DNA of 64,000 nucleotides from an uncultured Candidatus Rokubacteria bacterium (GCA_963707305.1 CAVPPZ010000004.1:298590-362589); one strand, 5' to 3'. Positions 1-10,064 are shown, counted from the first letter of the stretch. Notes: generated by a model from the sequence alone, not told the origin. Made by a program: numbers and translations.

Positions 1-417
1 CGGAGGCCTTTCATGGCATCGGTGACCATCAGGTCGTCGAGCAGTGCCTGCTCGTGGCGGAGCGGCTCGGCGCCAGCGCCGAGCACGAGGCGATCGTGCG
101 GCTCCGCGTCCTCACCCAGGAGGCGCTCGACGTGCGACCGTCGCCTCGCATCGAGCCATGAGTCCCGTCTCGGGCCGCGAGCCACTGGGGGTGACCCTGG
201 CGCTCGCGCCCCTCGGCCGGCTCGCGGTGGCCACGACGTGCGCGGCGCTCGGGCTCCACCCCGATGCGCTCGTTCCGGGAGCGGCGCACATCGTCGCGCG
301 CGCGTGGACCACCACGGTTGCGGCGTGGCGACGCCTTCACCTATCATGGCCGCCCACTCGGTCACGGACCGCGCGCCTGGCCGATGGGGGACCCGTCGGC
401 AGGAGGGTGCCGAAGTC

Positions 418-3082
418 ATGCTGAGACGCGTCGCTCGTCGCCCGCTCGCAGACGTCCTCGTGATCGACGACCCGCTCCAGATGGCCGCGCTCAACGACCA
501 CCCGAACGTGAGCCGGCACGTCCTCGACGAGGGTGGGTGGCTCAACCGGCTGGTCCACCGCTGGATCTACCGCACCTTCACCGTGGGCGGCGCCCCGCTC
601 GGCGTCTTCACCGCGCACGACGACGACGCGCGGATCACGCGCCAGGAGGCGCTCGAGCGTCGTCTCAAGCAGACGGAGCCCGACGCCGACGGCGTCGCCG
701 CCCTCGCGCGCTACGTGGCCGGGGCCGAGCTCCCCGCCGACGTGGGCGTCGTGGCGCAGCAGGTGATCGGCCGGCTGTTCTTCGCCGACTACGTCGCCAC
801 GCCGGAGTCGTATCGCGCGGCCCGGCGTCTGCTGAACCCGATCTGGATCGTCTGGGCCGCGCTCACCGGTCACCGGCCACCCGGCGCCGACATCGTGTGG
901 GCCGCGGCGCGCGACGACCTCGACTGCGTCCACGCCACCGGGATCGCGGTCGGCGGAGTCGTCGACACGCTCGAGCGCATGCGCAGGCTGGCCGCCGACC
1001 GCCATCGCGGCCGGGCTCAGCAGGCCGAGTCGGCGCTGCTCCAGGCCCTCGTCGCGCCGTCGTTCCTGTTCCGCTCGTGCACGAAGGACACGATCGTCCC
1101 CTTCCTCGACCAGCCGCTGCACCGCGGGACGTTGATCGTGTTCCGCCTCCGCGCCATGTACGAGGCGGCGCGGACCACCGATCTCGCGTTCTCGCGCGGC
1201 GCCTGGAGCCGCTGTCCCGCGCACGAAGCGGTCCCGAGGCTCCTCCTGGCCGTGTGGCGCGAGGCGAAGCACGTGCCGACCCATGGGCCGCGACGCCGGT
1301 CGTGGCTGTCGCGCCTGTTCACCGCGACGTTCGAGCTGATCAACCGGGCGGTGCCCTGGCACCGGTTGCCGACGCGGCTCGGCGTGCTGAACCTGCTCGC
1401 GCTCCGCACGGTCCTCCGCGAGAAGAACCTGTACAGCACGGAGCCGCCGGCCTCGCGCGGGCGCTGCCCCATCACCGGCTGGCTGCCCCGCTACCAGCAC
1501 GAGCGGACGCCCGACGGCACCCACAACGATCTCGCGGAGCCGCACATGGGCGCGGCCCACACGCGCTTCGGTCGCGCCGTTCCGCTGGATCGGACGATCC
1601 CCGACGCGCCGCCCGCGCTGCTGACGCCGAACCCGCGCCGGATCAGCAACGAGCTCCTCGCGCGCCGGCGCGGGCGGATGATCGAGGCGCAGGCCTTGAA
1701 CCTGCTCGCGGCGGCGTGGGTCCAGTTCGAGATCCACGACTGGTTCAGTCACGGGCGCCCGGACACCCGCGACCCGTACGAGCTGCCGCTCGACGCGGAC
1801 GATCCCTGGCCGGACCCGTCCATGCTGATCGGCCGGACGCCCGCGGAGCCGCCGGACCATCCGCCGCTGCCGTCGCCCACGTATCGCAACCACGTGACCC
1901 ACTGGTGGGACGCGTCGCAGCTCTACGGGAGCACCCTCGAGACGCAGCGGCGCGTCCGTGCGGGCCGGGACGGCAAGCTCGCCGTCGTCGACGGACTGCT
2001 GCCCTGCGACCTCGTCACCCGCATCCCGGTGACCGGGTTCAACGACAACTGGTGGGTCGGCCTCGCGTTGTTCCACCTGCTGTTCACGCTCGAGCACAAC
2101 GCCATCTGCGACCGGCTGCGCGCCGAGCGGCCGGGCTGGGACGACGAGCCGCTGTTCCAGACCGCGCGGCTGATCAACGCGGCGCTCATCGCGAAGATCC
2201 ACACGCTCGAGTGGACGCCGGCCATGCTCGGGCATCCGGCCCTCCAGATCGGCATGAAAGGCAACTGGTGGGGCCTCGCCGGCGAGCGGATCCACCGGCT
2301 CCTCGGACGCATCAGCGCCAGCGAGGTGGTGAGCGGCATCCCCGGCTCGCTCGACCGACCACCACGCGGCGCCGTACGCGATGCCCGAGGAGTTCGTGTC
2401 CGTCTACCGCATGCACCCGCTGATCCCGGACCGCGTGGTGTGTCGCTCCGCGGCCACGGGCCGCGTGCAGGACCACTACACCCTCATGGACGTGACCGGC
2501 GCCGGCGCGCAGGCGGTGCTGGAGGCGACGCCGGCGACGGATCTCTTCTACTCGTTCGGCGTGTCGCACCCCGGGCAGGTCACGCTCGGCAACTATCCGG
2601 ACACGCTCCGCACGTTCCGGCGGGCCGACGACGGCGCGCTCCTCGATGTCGCGGCGATCGACGTGCTGCGCGATCGCGAGCGCGGCGTGCCGCGCTACAA
2701 CGAGTTCCGCCGGCTCTTCCACCTGCCGCGGATCGACTCGTTCGAGATGCTCAACCCGGCGTGGGCCGCGAAGCTGCGCGACGTGTACGAGAACGACATC
2801 GACCGCGTGGACCTGATGGTCGGGATGTTCGCCGAGACGCCGCCGCGGGGCTTCGCGTTCAGCGACACGGCGTTCCGCATCCTGATCCTGATGGCCTCGC
2901 GCCGCCTCAAGAGCGACCGCTTCTTCACGAGCGACTACACGGCCGATGTCTACACGCAGACGGGGCTCGACTGGATCGAGCACAACGATCTGCGCTCGGT
3001 GCTGACGCGGCACTACCCGGGCCTGCGACCGGCGCTCGTGGGCATCGAGAACGCGTTCGCGCCGTGGAACGCGATCGAGTGA
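418..3082 (+). CDS. Animal-type haem peroxidase / fatty-acid alpha-dioxygenase (PIOX/cyclooxygenase-like) with ~390-aa N-terminal extension of unknown function; single frameshift near 2340-2357
   Basis: ATG at 418 preceded by GGAGGG. Translation contains RFGRAV, LNLLAAAWVQFEIHDWFSHG (distal His helix), then in the +1 frame HHAAPYAMPEEFVSVYRMHPLIPD (proximal His region) and RGVPRYNEFRR. Frame switches from 1 to 2 between 2333 and 2357 in the run cgaccgaccaccacgcg. Frame 2 has TGA at 2330-2332. Confidence 0.75.
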
Positions 3083-3089
3083 CGATCCC

Positions 3090-4541
3090 GTGCGGGTCAG
3101 GAACTTCGGCCGGAACGTGGACTTCCAGGCGGAGGGCCTGACCCCGCGCGACGAGCTCGAGGTGCTCGACCTGCTCCGCGCGCACGCGGGCCGAACGATC
3201 CGCGCGGTCGGCGCGGCCCACTCCTGGAGCGACCTCGTGCGCAGCGACGGCCTCGTGATCGACCTGCGCCGGCTCGATCGGATCGCGGTGCATCGCGGCG
3301 GTCCGGGGGTCGCGACCGTGACCGCGGGCGCGGGGTGCCGGATCGGAGCGATCCTGAAGGCGCTGGGCGCGCACGGGCTCACGCTCCCGACCGTCGGCGC
3401 CATCACGAAGCAGACCATCGCGGGCGCCGTCTCGACGGGCACCCACGGCTCCGGCGCCAGCAGTCTCTCGCACTACGTGCGGGCCGTGCGGCTCGCGACG
3501 TACGATCCGCAGACCCGCGAGCCGACGGTGATCGACCTCGACGTGACGGGCCCCGAGCCGTCTCCGTTGCGCGCGGCCCGCTGCGGGCTCGGCTGCCTCG
3601 GCGTGATCGTGTCCGTCACCCTCGTGTGCGTCCCGGCGTACGAGGTGGAGGAGGTCCTCGACCTGCCGCGCTCGGTGCTCGAGGTGCTCGCCCTCTCCGC
3701 GATGTTTCCGCTCCAGCAGTTCGTGATGATCCCGTACGCCTGGCGGCCGTATGCCTTCCATCGCCGCCGCGCGGATCCCCGACGACGCCGCAGCCTCGCG
3801 TCCTGGCTCACCACGCGCGCCTACCGCGCGCACAAGCTCCTGACGGTCGACGTCCTCATGCACCTGCTGGTGAAGGGCCTCGCCCGCTTCGGCTCGGCAC
3901 GCCTCATCCGCGGGTTCTACCGGAAGGCGCTCCCGGCGACGGCCCTGCGCGGCCTGGCCGTGACCGATACGAGCGAGCGCACGCTCACGCTCCGCCACGA
4001 CCTCTTTCGTCACGTCGAGATGGAAGTGTTCGTCCCGGCCGCGGCGCTCGTCGAGGCGATCCACCTCGTGCAGGTCCTCACCGACGCGTTCGCCGGCGTG
4101 CGCCGCCTCTCCACGTCCGTCGAGGCGTCGCTGGCCGCCCGCGCCCCCGGCGCGCTGGCGGAGCTGCAGCGCCACGCGGGACGCTACACGCATCACTACG
4201 TGATCCCGTGCCGGCGCGTGCATCCCGACGACACCCTGATCTCGATGACCGCCGACGGCCGCGAGGCATGGGCGCTCGGGTTCTTCAGCTACGTGGGGCT
4301 CACGCCGGCGTTCAGCGCGTACTGTCGCGCGGTGGGACTGGCCCTCACCGCGCTCCACGGCGCGAGGCTGCACTGGGGCAAGTACTTCCCGCTGACGCAC
4401 GCGGAGGCCGTCGCGGACGCCTACCCCGGCCTCGCGCGCTTCCGCGCGCACTGCGCCGGCTACGACCCGGCAGGCACCTTCCGCGGCGCCGAGGTCGAGG
4501 CCACGCTCGCGCTCACAGGAGATCCGCGAAGTACGGGTTGA
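3090..4541 (+). CDS. FAD-linked oxidoreductase, FAD_binding_4 / ALO (gulonolactone-oxidase/vanillyl-alcohol-oxidase superfamily)
   Basis: GTG start 8 nt after the peroxidase stop. N-terminal RNFGRNV...GAAHSWSDL, GGVSTGTHGSG-like FAD site (ISTGTHGSGASS), C-terminal YPGLARFRA. Confidence 0.7.
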   Translation: MRVRNFGRNVDFQAEGLTPRDELEVLDLLRAHAGRTIRAVGAAHSWSDLVRSDGLVIDLRRLDRIAVHRGGPGVATVTAGAGCRIGAILKALGAHGLTLPTVGAITKQTIAGAVSTGTHGSGASSLSHYVRAVRLATYDPQTREPTVIDLDVTGPEPSPLRAARCGLGCLGVIVSVTLVCVPAYEVEEVLDLPRSVLEVLALSAMFPLQQFVMIPYAWRPYAFHRRRADPRRRRSLASWLTTRAYRAHKLLTVDVLMHLLVKGLARFGSARLIRGFYRKALPATALRGLAVTDTSERTLTLRHDLFRHVEMEVFVPAAALVEAIHLVQVLTDAFAGVRRLSTSVEASLAARAPGALAELQRHAGRYTHHYVIPCRRVHPDDTLISMTADGREAWALGFFSYVGLTPAFSAYCRAVGLALTALHGARLHWGKYFPLTHAEAVADAYPGLARFRAHCAGYDPAGTFRGAEVEATLALTGDPRSTG

Positions 4542-5904
4542 GCAACCGGCCGCGCGGATCCTCCTGCTTGGTGAGCGCGCGGAGGGCGTGCCAGTCCTGG
4601 CCGAGCGAGCGATGGACGATCGCGCGCGTGATGTGCTTGGTCTGGTTCAGGAGCGGGCGCGCGCCGTGGCGGGCGGCGAAGTCGTTGAACTCCCGGTGCA
4701 TCAGCTCCCAGTAGTCGGCGTCGGCCGGCTCGCGCGGCGTCCAGTCCACCATGTCGAGCGTGAAGATGTCCTCCTGCTTCGAGAACGACAGCGGTGAGCG
4801 CGTGTCACGGCGGATGAAGTAGACCTCGGTCGGCAGCGCGGGCCGGAAGCCCGTGCGCCGGAAGAACGCTTCGCAGAACTCGAAGTACGCGGGGAGCACC
4901 GTCGGCCACGAGCTGGCGGGGAACGCCCAGAACGTGAACTCGAAGTGGCTCGCCACGTCCCGCTTGAAATCGAGCATCGCGTCCACCCGGTACGCCACGA
5001 AGCTCCGGATCAGCTTCGCGAACAGGAACTTCAGGATGTTGTCGATGACGGAGACCCAGGTGTTGACGCCGCGGGTCGCCGACCGCACCAGGCGCGGGCC
5101 GAGCCACGTGCTGATCGAGCGCGGGAGCAGGTTGATCGGACGCGCGCCGCTCTTCCAGGACTTGTCGCGAATCCACGCCTTGAGGCGGTCGACCGGGCCG
5201 ATCGGTGTCGTGTCCGGGACGATCGTCCGGCGCTCCACGAGCAGGCGCTTGTGGTACGGCAGCAAGAAACCGAGGAAGCCGTCGGCGCCGCTGAGCACCC
5301 GCGAGGCGAGCGGCGGCACGGGCGTGAGCGTGAGCCACTCGTAGTGGTAGCGGATCTTCTGCAGCGACCGCGTGCGGAAGGTGACCTCGTAGATGATGCC
5401 GAGCAGCCCGTAGCTCGAGCGGATCTGCCGCATCCGCTCCGGATCGCGCGCCTCGGTCACCGTCACCACGCCCCCGTCCGGGCTGATCATCTTGACGCCC
5501 ACGACGGTGGAGCTGATCTGGCCGAGTCCCTTCTCCCCGAGCGACGAGTCCTTCGTGCCGCAACACGCGACCGAGCCCGCCGTGGCGTTGCCGATCTCCG
5601 GCACGACCTCGATCTGCAGGCCGTGCGGCTTGAGCCAGTCGCGCAGGTCGATCATGCGGACACCGGCGCCGACGGTCACCGTCCAGTCGACCGGATCGTG
5701 CTTGGCGATGAAGTGCTTCATCTGCACGGCGGTGCCCGAGGTCGTGAAGCACTCGTTGAGCGAGTGCAGCTCCCCGATCGCGCGCACGGGCGACGGATAG
5801 AGATCCGTGTCGCCGACGATGGCGGCGAGCTCCTCCACGGTGGTCGGCGCCACGAGCTCGGCCGGCGTGCAGCGCGCGGAGTCGTTCCAGTTCCACAGGA
5901 TCAT
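4513..5904 (-). CDS. FAD-linked oxidase (FAD_binding_4, ALO/GULO-like), paralogous in fold to 3090-4541
   Basis: Minus-strand translation MILWNWNDSARC...VGAGVRMIDL...TAGSVACCGTKDSS...LLNPYFADLL. ATG at 5902-5904 overlaps the stop of the upstream regulator gene (ATGA at 5901-5904). Converges with the 3090-4541 gene with a 29-bp 3' overlap. Confidence 0.75.
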   Translation of the reverse strand: MILWNWNDSARCTPAELVAPTTVEELAAIVGDTDLYPSPVRAIGELHSLNECFTTSGTAVQMKHFIAKHDPVDWTVTVGAGVRMIDLRDWLKPHGLQIEVVPEIGNATAGSVACCGTKDSSLGEKGLGQISSTVVGVKMISPDGGVVTVTEARDPERMRQIRSSYGLLGIIYEVTFRTRSLQKIRYHYEWLTLTPVPPLASRVLSGADGFLGFLLPYHKRLLVERRTIVPDTTPIGPVDRLKAWIRDKSWKSGARPINLLPRSISTWLGPRLVRSATRGVNTWVSVIDNILKFLFAKLIRSFVAYRVDAMLDFKRDVASHFEFTFWAFPASSWPTVLPAYFEFCEAFFRRTGFRPALPTEVYFIRRDTRSPLSFSKQEDIFTLDMVDWTPREPADADYWELMHREFNDFAARHGARPLLNQTKHITRAIVHRSLGQDWHALRALTKQEDPRGRLLNPYFADLL

Positions 5905-8900
5905 GGCTGGCCCTCCAGCAGCTTCCGAGCAATGAGGAGGTCGGGCAGCCCGAGGCCAGGCCGGAACCGGGCCACGATCGGGCGCAGGGTCTCGAGGCCG
6001 CGCGGAGCGATGCGCGCGAGCGCCGCGGCGCCGCGGAGCGCGAAGAGCCACGCGCCTTGCGCGGTGGCCGCCTCGACCGCGTGCGCGAACACCGCCGTGG
6101 CCGCCTCCGTCTCGCCCCGCCGCATCAGGATCTCGCCGTGCACGCGGTGGAGCTCGCTGACGAACGCCTGTTCGCCGGTCTCCTCGGCCTGCTGCTGCGC
6201 CTCGGCGACGACCGACGCGGCCTCGTCCAGCTGACCCACGGTGGCCAGCGCTTCCGCCAGGTGCGCGCGATGCGCGAGCCCGATTCGCTGTCCGAGCGAG
6301 CGAAAGAGCTCGGCTCCAAGGCGCATCATGGGGACGCCTTCGGCCGGCTCGTGGCTCGCCACGCGCGCCCAGCCGGCCAGGTTCATCCCGAACGCGGAGA
6401 ACAGCGGGAACGACTGCTCCCGCGCGATCGCGAGCAGCTCCTCGCCCAGCGCCCGCACGGTGGCGGCGTCGCGGCACAGCTCGTGGACCTGGGCGGCGAA
6501 GTAGATGGCACTCCCGATCGTGGGCGGGTGTTGCGTGGCGCGCGCCTGCCACACCGCGCGCTCCGCGGTGATGCACGCGCGATCGACATCGCCCAGGATC
6601 GCGAGGGTCCACGCCAGGAACGCCGACGCGCCGACGCCGAGGTCCTGTCCGTATCGGAGCGCCTGCGATCGGCTCCGCACGGGATCGTAGGTGCTCAGCG
6701 CCTGCTCGAAGTGCGCGCTCGCCTCGTTGAACCGTCCCAGGTAGAAGGCGTTGGCGCCGGCGGCGAGGTGCGCGCCGATGCTCACGTCGGGATCGCTCTC
6801 GTGCTCCATGGTCCGCAGGAGCTGGCCGGCGATCTCCTGCGCCGCGCGGAGATCCGCGCGCGACGCGTAGAAGCGCCAGAGCCCCCAGCGGACGAAGAAG
6901 AACTCGATGGACTCGCCGACGCGATCGGCGAGCGCCTCGCACAGCTCGCGCGCCCGGTCCATCGTCGCGCCGACTTCGGGCGCCCCCCACCCGCGTGTCA
7001 TCGCGAGGGCGGCGCCGAGCAGCATGTGGAGCCGCAGCTCCAGCGGCACCCGTTCGGACGCCTCCGCAAGGGCGCTCACGAGCTCCAGCCCCTTGGTGAG
7101 ATGGGCGACGGCCTCGATGTGGGCCGAGCGCTGGAACGCCCGCTGACCCGCCCGATGCCAGTAGGTGACGGCCTCGGCGATGCGGCCGCCGGACGTGTAG
7201 TGATGGGCGAGCAGCTCCGGCTGCCGCTCGCGGACGTCGGGCATGAGCCGCTCGATCGCCTGCGCCACCCGCACGTGCAGTCCGCGCTGCACATCGTCGA
7301 GGAGGCTGCGATACGCGACCTCCTGGGTCAGCGCGTGCTTGAACGTGTACGCCCGCGTGGGCCCGCTCACGGTCTCGTGGAGGAACTCGGCGGCTTGCAG
7401 GTGGCTCAAAGAGCGTCCCAGCGTCGCGTCCGGAAGCTCGGCGACGTGAGCGAGGAGCGTGAGGTCGACGTCCTTGCCGATGACGGAGGCCATCTGCAGG
7501 ACGGCGCGATCGTCGTCGGGCAGGCGGTCGAGCCGGGCGGTGAGGACGCCCTGGATCGTGTCGGGCACCCGCACCTCGGAGCGCAGGTCGGGATGCTCGG
7601 CCACGGCGCGCGCGAGCTCCTCGAGGAAGAACGGCACGCCGTCGGCGTGGCCCAGGATGGTCTCGGCGAGCTGCGCGGGGAGCTGCTCCTGCGGCACGAC
7701 GTCGTGCACCACGCGGAGACTGTCCGCGCGCGACAGGTGATCGAGGACCATCTGGGTCGCGTACGAGCGCCCGAGCCACGGCGGCTGATAGCCCGGACGA
7801 TAGGTGAGGAGCAAGAGCAGGGGACCGCCGCTGAGCGCCTCCGCGAACGACGCGAGGACCTCTTCCGACGTGCGATCGATCCAGTGCAGGTCTTCGACGG
7901 CGACGACGAGCGTCCGCCGCCGGCTCCCGGCCACGGCGATCTGCCGCAAGATGTCGAGCGTGCGCGCCCGCAGGGCCTCCGGGCTCTGGCCGGCCAGCTC
8001 CTCGGTGCCTTCCTTCACGCCGACCAGATGGAGCAGGTACGGCACCGATCCCTTCGCCTCGAGGCCGAGGATGCTCAGCCCGGTCGTGAGCTTGTCGGCG
8101 ATCACGTCGGGCGCATCGAGCTCGCCGAGGCGGAAGTTGTGACGGATCAGCGCGAGGAGCGGCGCGTACGGCACGGTGCTCCCGTACGACACGCAGCGTC
8201 CCTCGACCCACGTGACGCGGCCGCGTCCCAGGCTCTGCTTGAACTCGTGGAGCAGCCGCGACTTCCCGACCCCCGGCTCGCCGACGATCCCCACGACCTG
8301 GCCGCGGCCGGCTTCGACGTGCGCGAGACGATCGTGCAGCAGCGCGAGGTCCCGTTCGCGACCGACGAAGCCGCTCAGCACGCGTCCGCCCACCTCGAAT
8401 CCCGTGCGCTCGTGCCCGACCACGCGATAGACCTGGGGCGGCGGCGACACCGTGCCGCGCGGCGGATCGAGCGCGAAGCGACGCTCGATGAGCGGCGCCG
8501 CCGCGCTGTCCAGGACCACGGCGTCGGCCGGCGCCGCGGCGAGGAGACGATCGAGGATCGCCCACACCTCGCCGCGCTCCATCGGATCCATGCCGGTGAC
8601 GTCGCCACCGTGCGCGATCAGTCGCGAGCCCGCATGGATCGCGATCCGCGCCTGGAGCCCCTGGACCGCCGCGGCGCTCGCACGCTGCGCGGCCTTGAGC
8701 ATCGCGAGCGCGGCGTGCGTGGCGCGGCTGGGCGCGTCCTCCATCGGCTCGAACCCGAAGACGGCCACGAGGCCGAGCGGCGTCACCTCCTCGACGCGCG
8801 CGCTGAAGCTCTTCACCTTCGCGATGAGCTCCTCGAGCAGCGGCGCGAGCTGGAAGGCCGCCGTGTCCGCGGGCGCGTCGAGCGCGACGCGCACCACGGT

Positions 8901-10064
8901 GATGAGCCGGCGCTCCCAGCGGAGCGGTCCCGCGGGCGTCGCGGCGACCACCGCCGTGCCGCTCGGCGCCGCGAGACGCCGGGGCGCCGGACGAGGCTCC
9001 GTCACGCGCTTCGCCGGGCGCATCGCCGACGGCCGCAGTCCCAGCTTGTCGAGGTGGGCGCGCAGCGTGTTGCGCGAGATCCCGAGCAGCGTCGCCGTCC
9101 GGGAGATGTTGCCGCCCGTGTGCTCCAGCACCTCCTGGATGTGCGTGCGCACGACCTCGTCCAGCGTGCCCGGCACGGCGGGCGCCGGCGTTGATGGCGC
9201 CGGCGGCGCGACGGAGACGTCGAGATCGAGCATGGCGGCGTCGATGCGCGGCGAATCGGACAGGAGCGCGACGCGTTCCATCACGTTGCTCAGCTCGCGC
9301 ACGTTGCCGGGCCAGTGATAGGCCTCCAGCTTCGCGAGCGCATCGGCCGTCAGCTCGCGGACGGGCAGCCCGTGGTCCGTGCAGGCGTGCGCCAGGTAGT
9401 GCCTGGCGAGCAGCGGAATATCCCCGGGGCGGTCCCGGAGCGGCGGCAGCGAGAGCGTGACGACGGCGAGCCGGTGATAGAGGTCCTCCCGGAACGTTCG
9501 CGCACGAACATTGGCCACCAGGTCCGCGTTGGTGGCGCTGATGATCCACGCGTCCGCGGGCTCGTTGTCGGTGCTGCCGAGCCGCCGGACCGCGCGCTCC
9601 TCGATGACCTTGAGGAGCTTCGCCTGCACCGCTTCCGGCAGGAGCCCGACTTCATCCAGGAAGATCGTTCCGCGATGCGCCGCCTGGAAGAGACCGGGCT
9701 TCGCGCGCCGGGCGTCGGTGAATGCGCCCCGCTCGAAGCCGAAGAGCTCGGCCTCGATGAGGCTCTCGGGAATGGCGGCGCAGTTGACGTCGACGAACCG
9801 GCCGCTCGCGCGCGGGCCCGAACGGTGCAGGAGCGATGCCACCAGTCCCTTGCCGCTGCCGGTTTCACCCTGGATGAGCACCGCCGGCGGGCGGCCGGCA
9901 CTCTGCGCGAGCGTGGTGAGGCGCGTGATGGTGGCGAGCAGCGCCAGCATCGCCGGGCTCTGACCGATCAGGCCCGTCGGCTCGCCCTTCAAGATCACCA
10001 GCGCCTCCTGCCGGCGGTAACGACCGCCGCACACGCGATCATAGAAAAGCGCCTGGGGCGACAC
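5901..10064 (-). CDS. 1387-aa multidomain regulator: sigma-54 interaction AAA+ domain (N-terminal), Fis-type HTH, degenerate class-III cyclase-homology domain, STAND/AAA_16 NTPase, TPR repeats
   Basis: GTG start at 10064. Motifs: GETGSGKG (Walker A), GTIFLDEVG (Walker B), ELFGFERGAFTDA (GAFTGA variant), NVRELSNVMER, HTGGNISRTATLLGISRNTL (HTH_8). Then ITVVRVALDAPAD...LVAVFGF (cyclase-homology-like). Then GIVGEPGVGKSRL...LVVAVEDLHWID (P-loop NTPase) followed by a long alpha-helical TPR-like tail. No N-terminal sensor domain precedes the AAA+ core. Confidence 0.8.
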   Translation of the reverse strand: MSPQALFYDRVCGGRYRRQEALVILKGEPTGLIGQSPAMLALLATITRLTTLAQSAGRPPAVLIQGETGSGKGLVASLLHRSGPRASGRFVDVNCAAIPESLIEAELFGFERGAFTDARRAKPGLFQAAHRGTIFLDEVGLLPEAVQAKLLKVIEERAVRRLGSTDNEPADAWIISATNADLVANVRARTFREDLYHRLAVVTLSLPPLRDRPGDIPLLARHYLAHACTDHGLPVRELTADALAKLEAYHWPGNVRELSNVMERVALLSDSPRIDAAMLDLDVSVAPPAPSTPAPAVPGTLDEVVRTHIQEVLEHTGGNISRTATLLGISRNTLRAHLDKLGLRPSAMRPAKRVTEPRPAPRRLAAPSGTAVVAATPAGPLRWERRLITVVRVALDAPADTAAFQLAPLLEELIAKVKSFSARVEEVTPLGLVAVFGFEPMEDAPSRATHAALAMLKAAQRASAAAVQGLQARIAIHAGSRLIAHGGDVTGMDPMERGEVWAILDRLLAAAPADAVVLDSAAAPLIERRFALDPPRGTVSPPPQVYRVVGHERTGFEVGGRVLSGFVGRERDLALLHDRLAHVEAGRGQVVGIVGEPGVGKSRLLHEFKQSLGRGRVTWVEGRCVSYGSTVPYAPLLALIRHNFRLGELDAPDVIADKLTTGLSILGLEAKGSVPYLLHLVGVKEGTEELAGQSPEALRARTLDILRQIAVAGSRRRTLVVAVEDLHWIDRTSEEVLASFAEALSGGPLLLLLTYRPGYQPPWLGRSYATQMVLDHLSRADSLRVVHDVVPQEQLPAQLAETILGHADGVPFFLEELARAVAEHPDLRSEVRVPDTIQGVLTARLDRLPDDDRAVLQMASVIGKDVDLTLLAHVAELPDATLGRSLSHLQAAEFLHETVSGPTRAYTFKHALTQEVAYRSLLDDVQRGLHVRVAQAIERLMPDVRERQPELLAHHYTSGGRIAEAVTYWHRAGQRAFQRSAHIEAVAHLTKGLELVSALAEASERVPLELRLHMLLGAALAMTRGWGAPEVGATMDRARELCEALADRVGESIEFFFVRWGLWRFYASRADLRAAQEIAGQLLRTMEHESDPDVSIGAHLAAGANAFYLGRFNEASAHFEQALSTYDPVRSRSQALRYGQDLGVGASAFLAWTLAILGDVDRACITAERAVWQARATQHPPTIGSAIYFAAQVHELCRDAATVRALGEELLAIAREQSFPLFSAFGMNLAGWARVASHEPAEGVPMMRLGAELFRSLGQRIGLAHRAHLAEALATVGQLDEAASVVAEAQQQAEETGEQAFVSELHRVHGEILMRRGETEAATAVFAHAVEAATAQGAWLFALRGAAALARIAPRGLETLRPIVARFRPGLGLPDLLIARKLLEGQP

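Noticed and set aside
1-175. Possible 5' end of a minus-strand gene running off the left edge (...ERLLGEDAEPHDRLVLGAGAEPLRHEQALLDDLMVTDAMKGL)
   Set aside because: Too short and motif-free to assign. Start and direction cannot be confirmed within the window.
264-2423. 719-aa ORF in frame 3 overlapping the peroxidase gene
   Set aside because: Arg/Pro/Ala-rich low-complexity translation typical of an off-frame read of high-GC coding DNA. The peroxidase motifs are in the other frames.
6057-9194. 1045-aa plus-strand ORF
   Set aside because: Antisense to the regulator. Arg/Gly/Asp-rich junk translation.
4513-9549. 1678-aa minus-strand ORF
   Set aside because: Only its last 463 codons (4513-5904) are a real gene, the FAD oxidase. 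Upstream of 5904 the frame is an off-frame read of the regulator gene with low-complexity composition.
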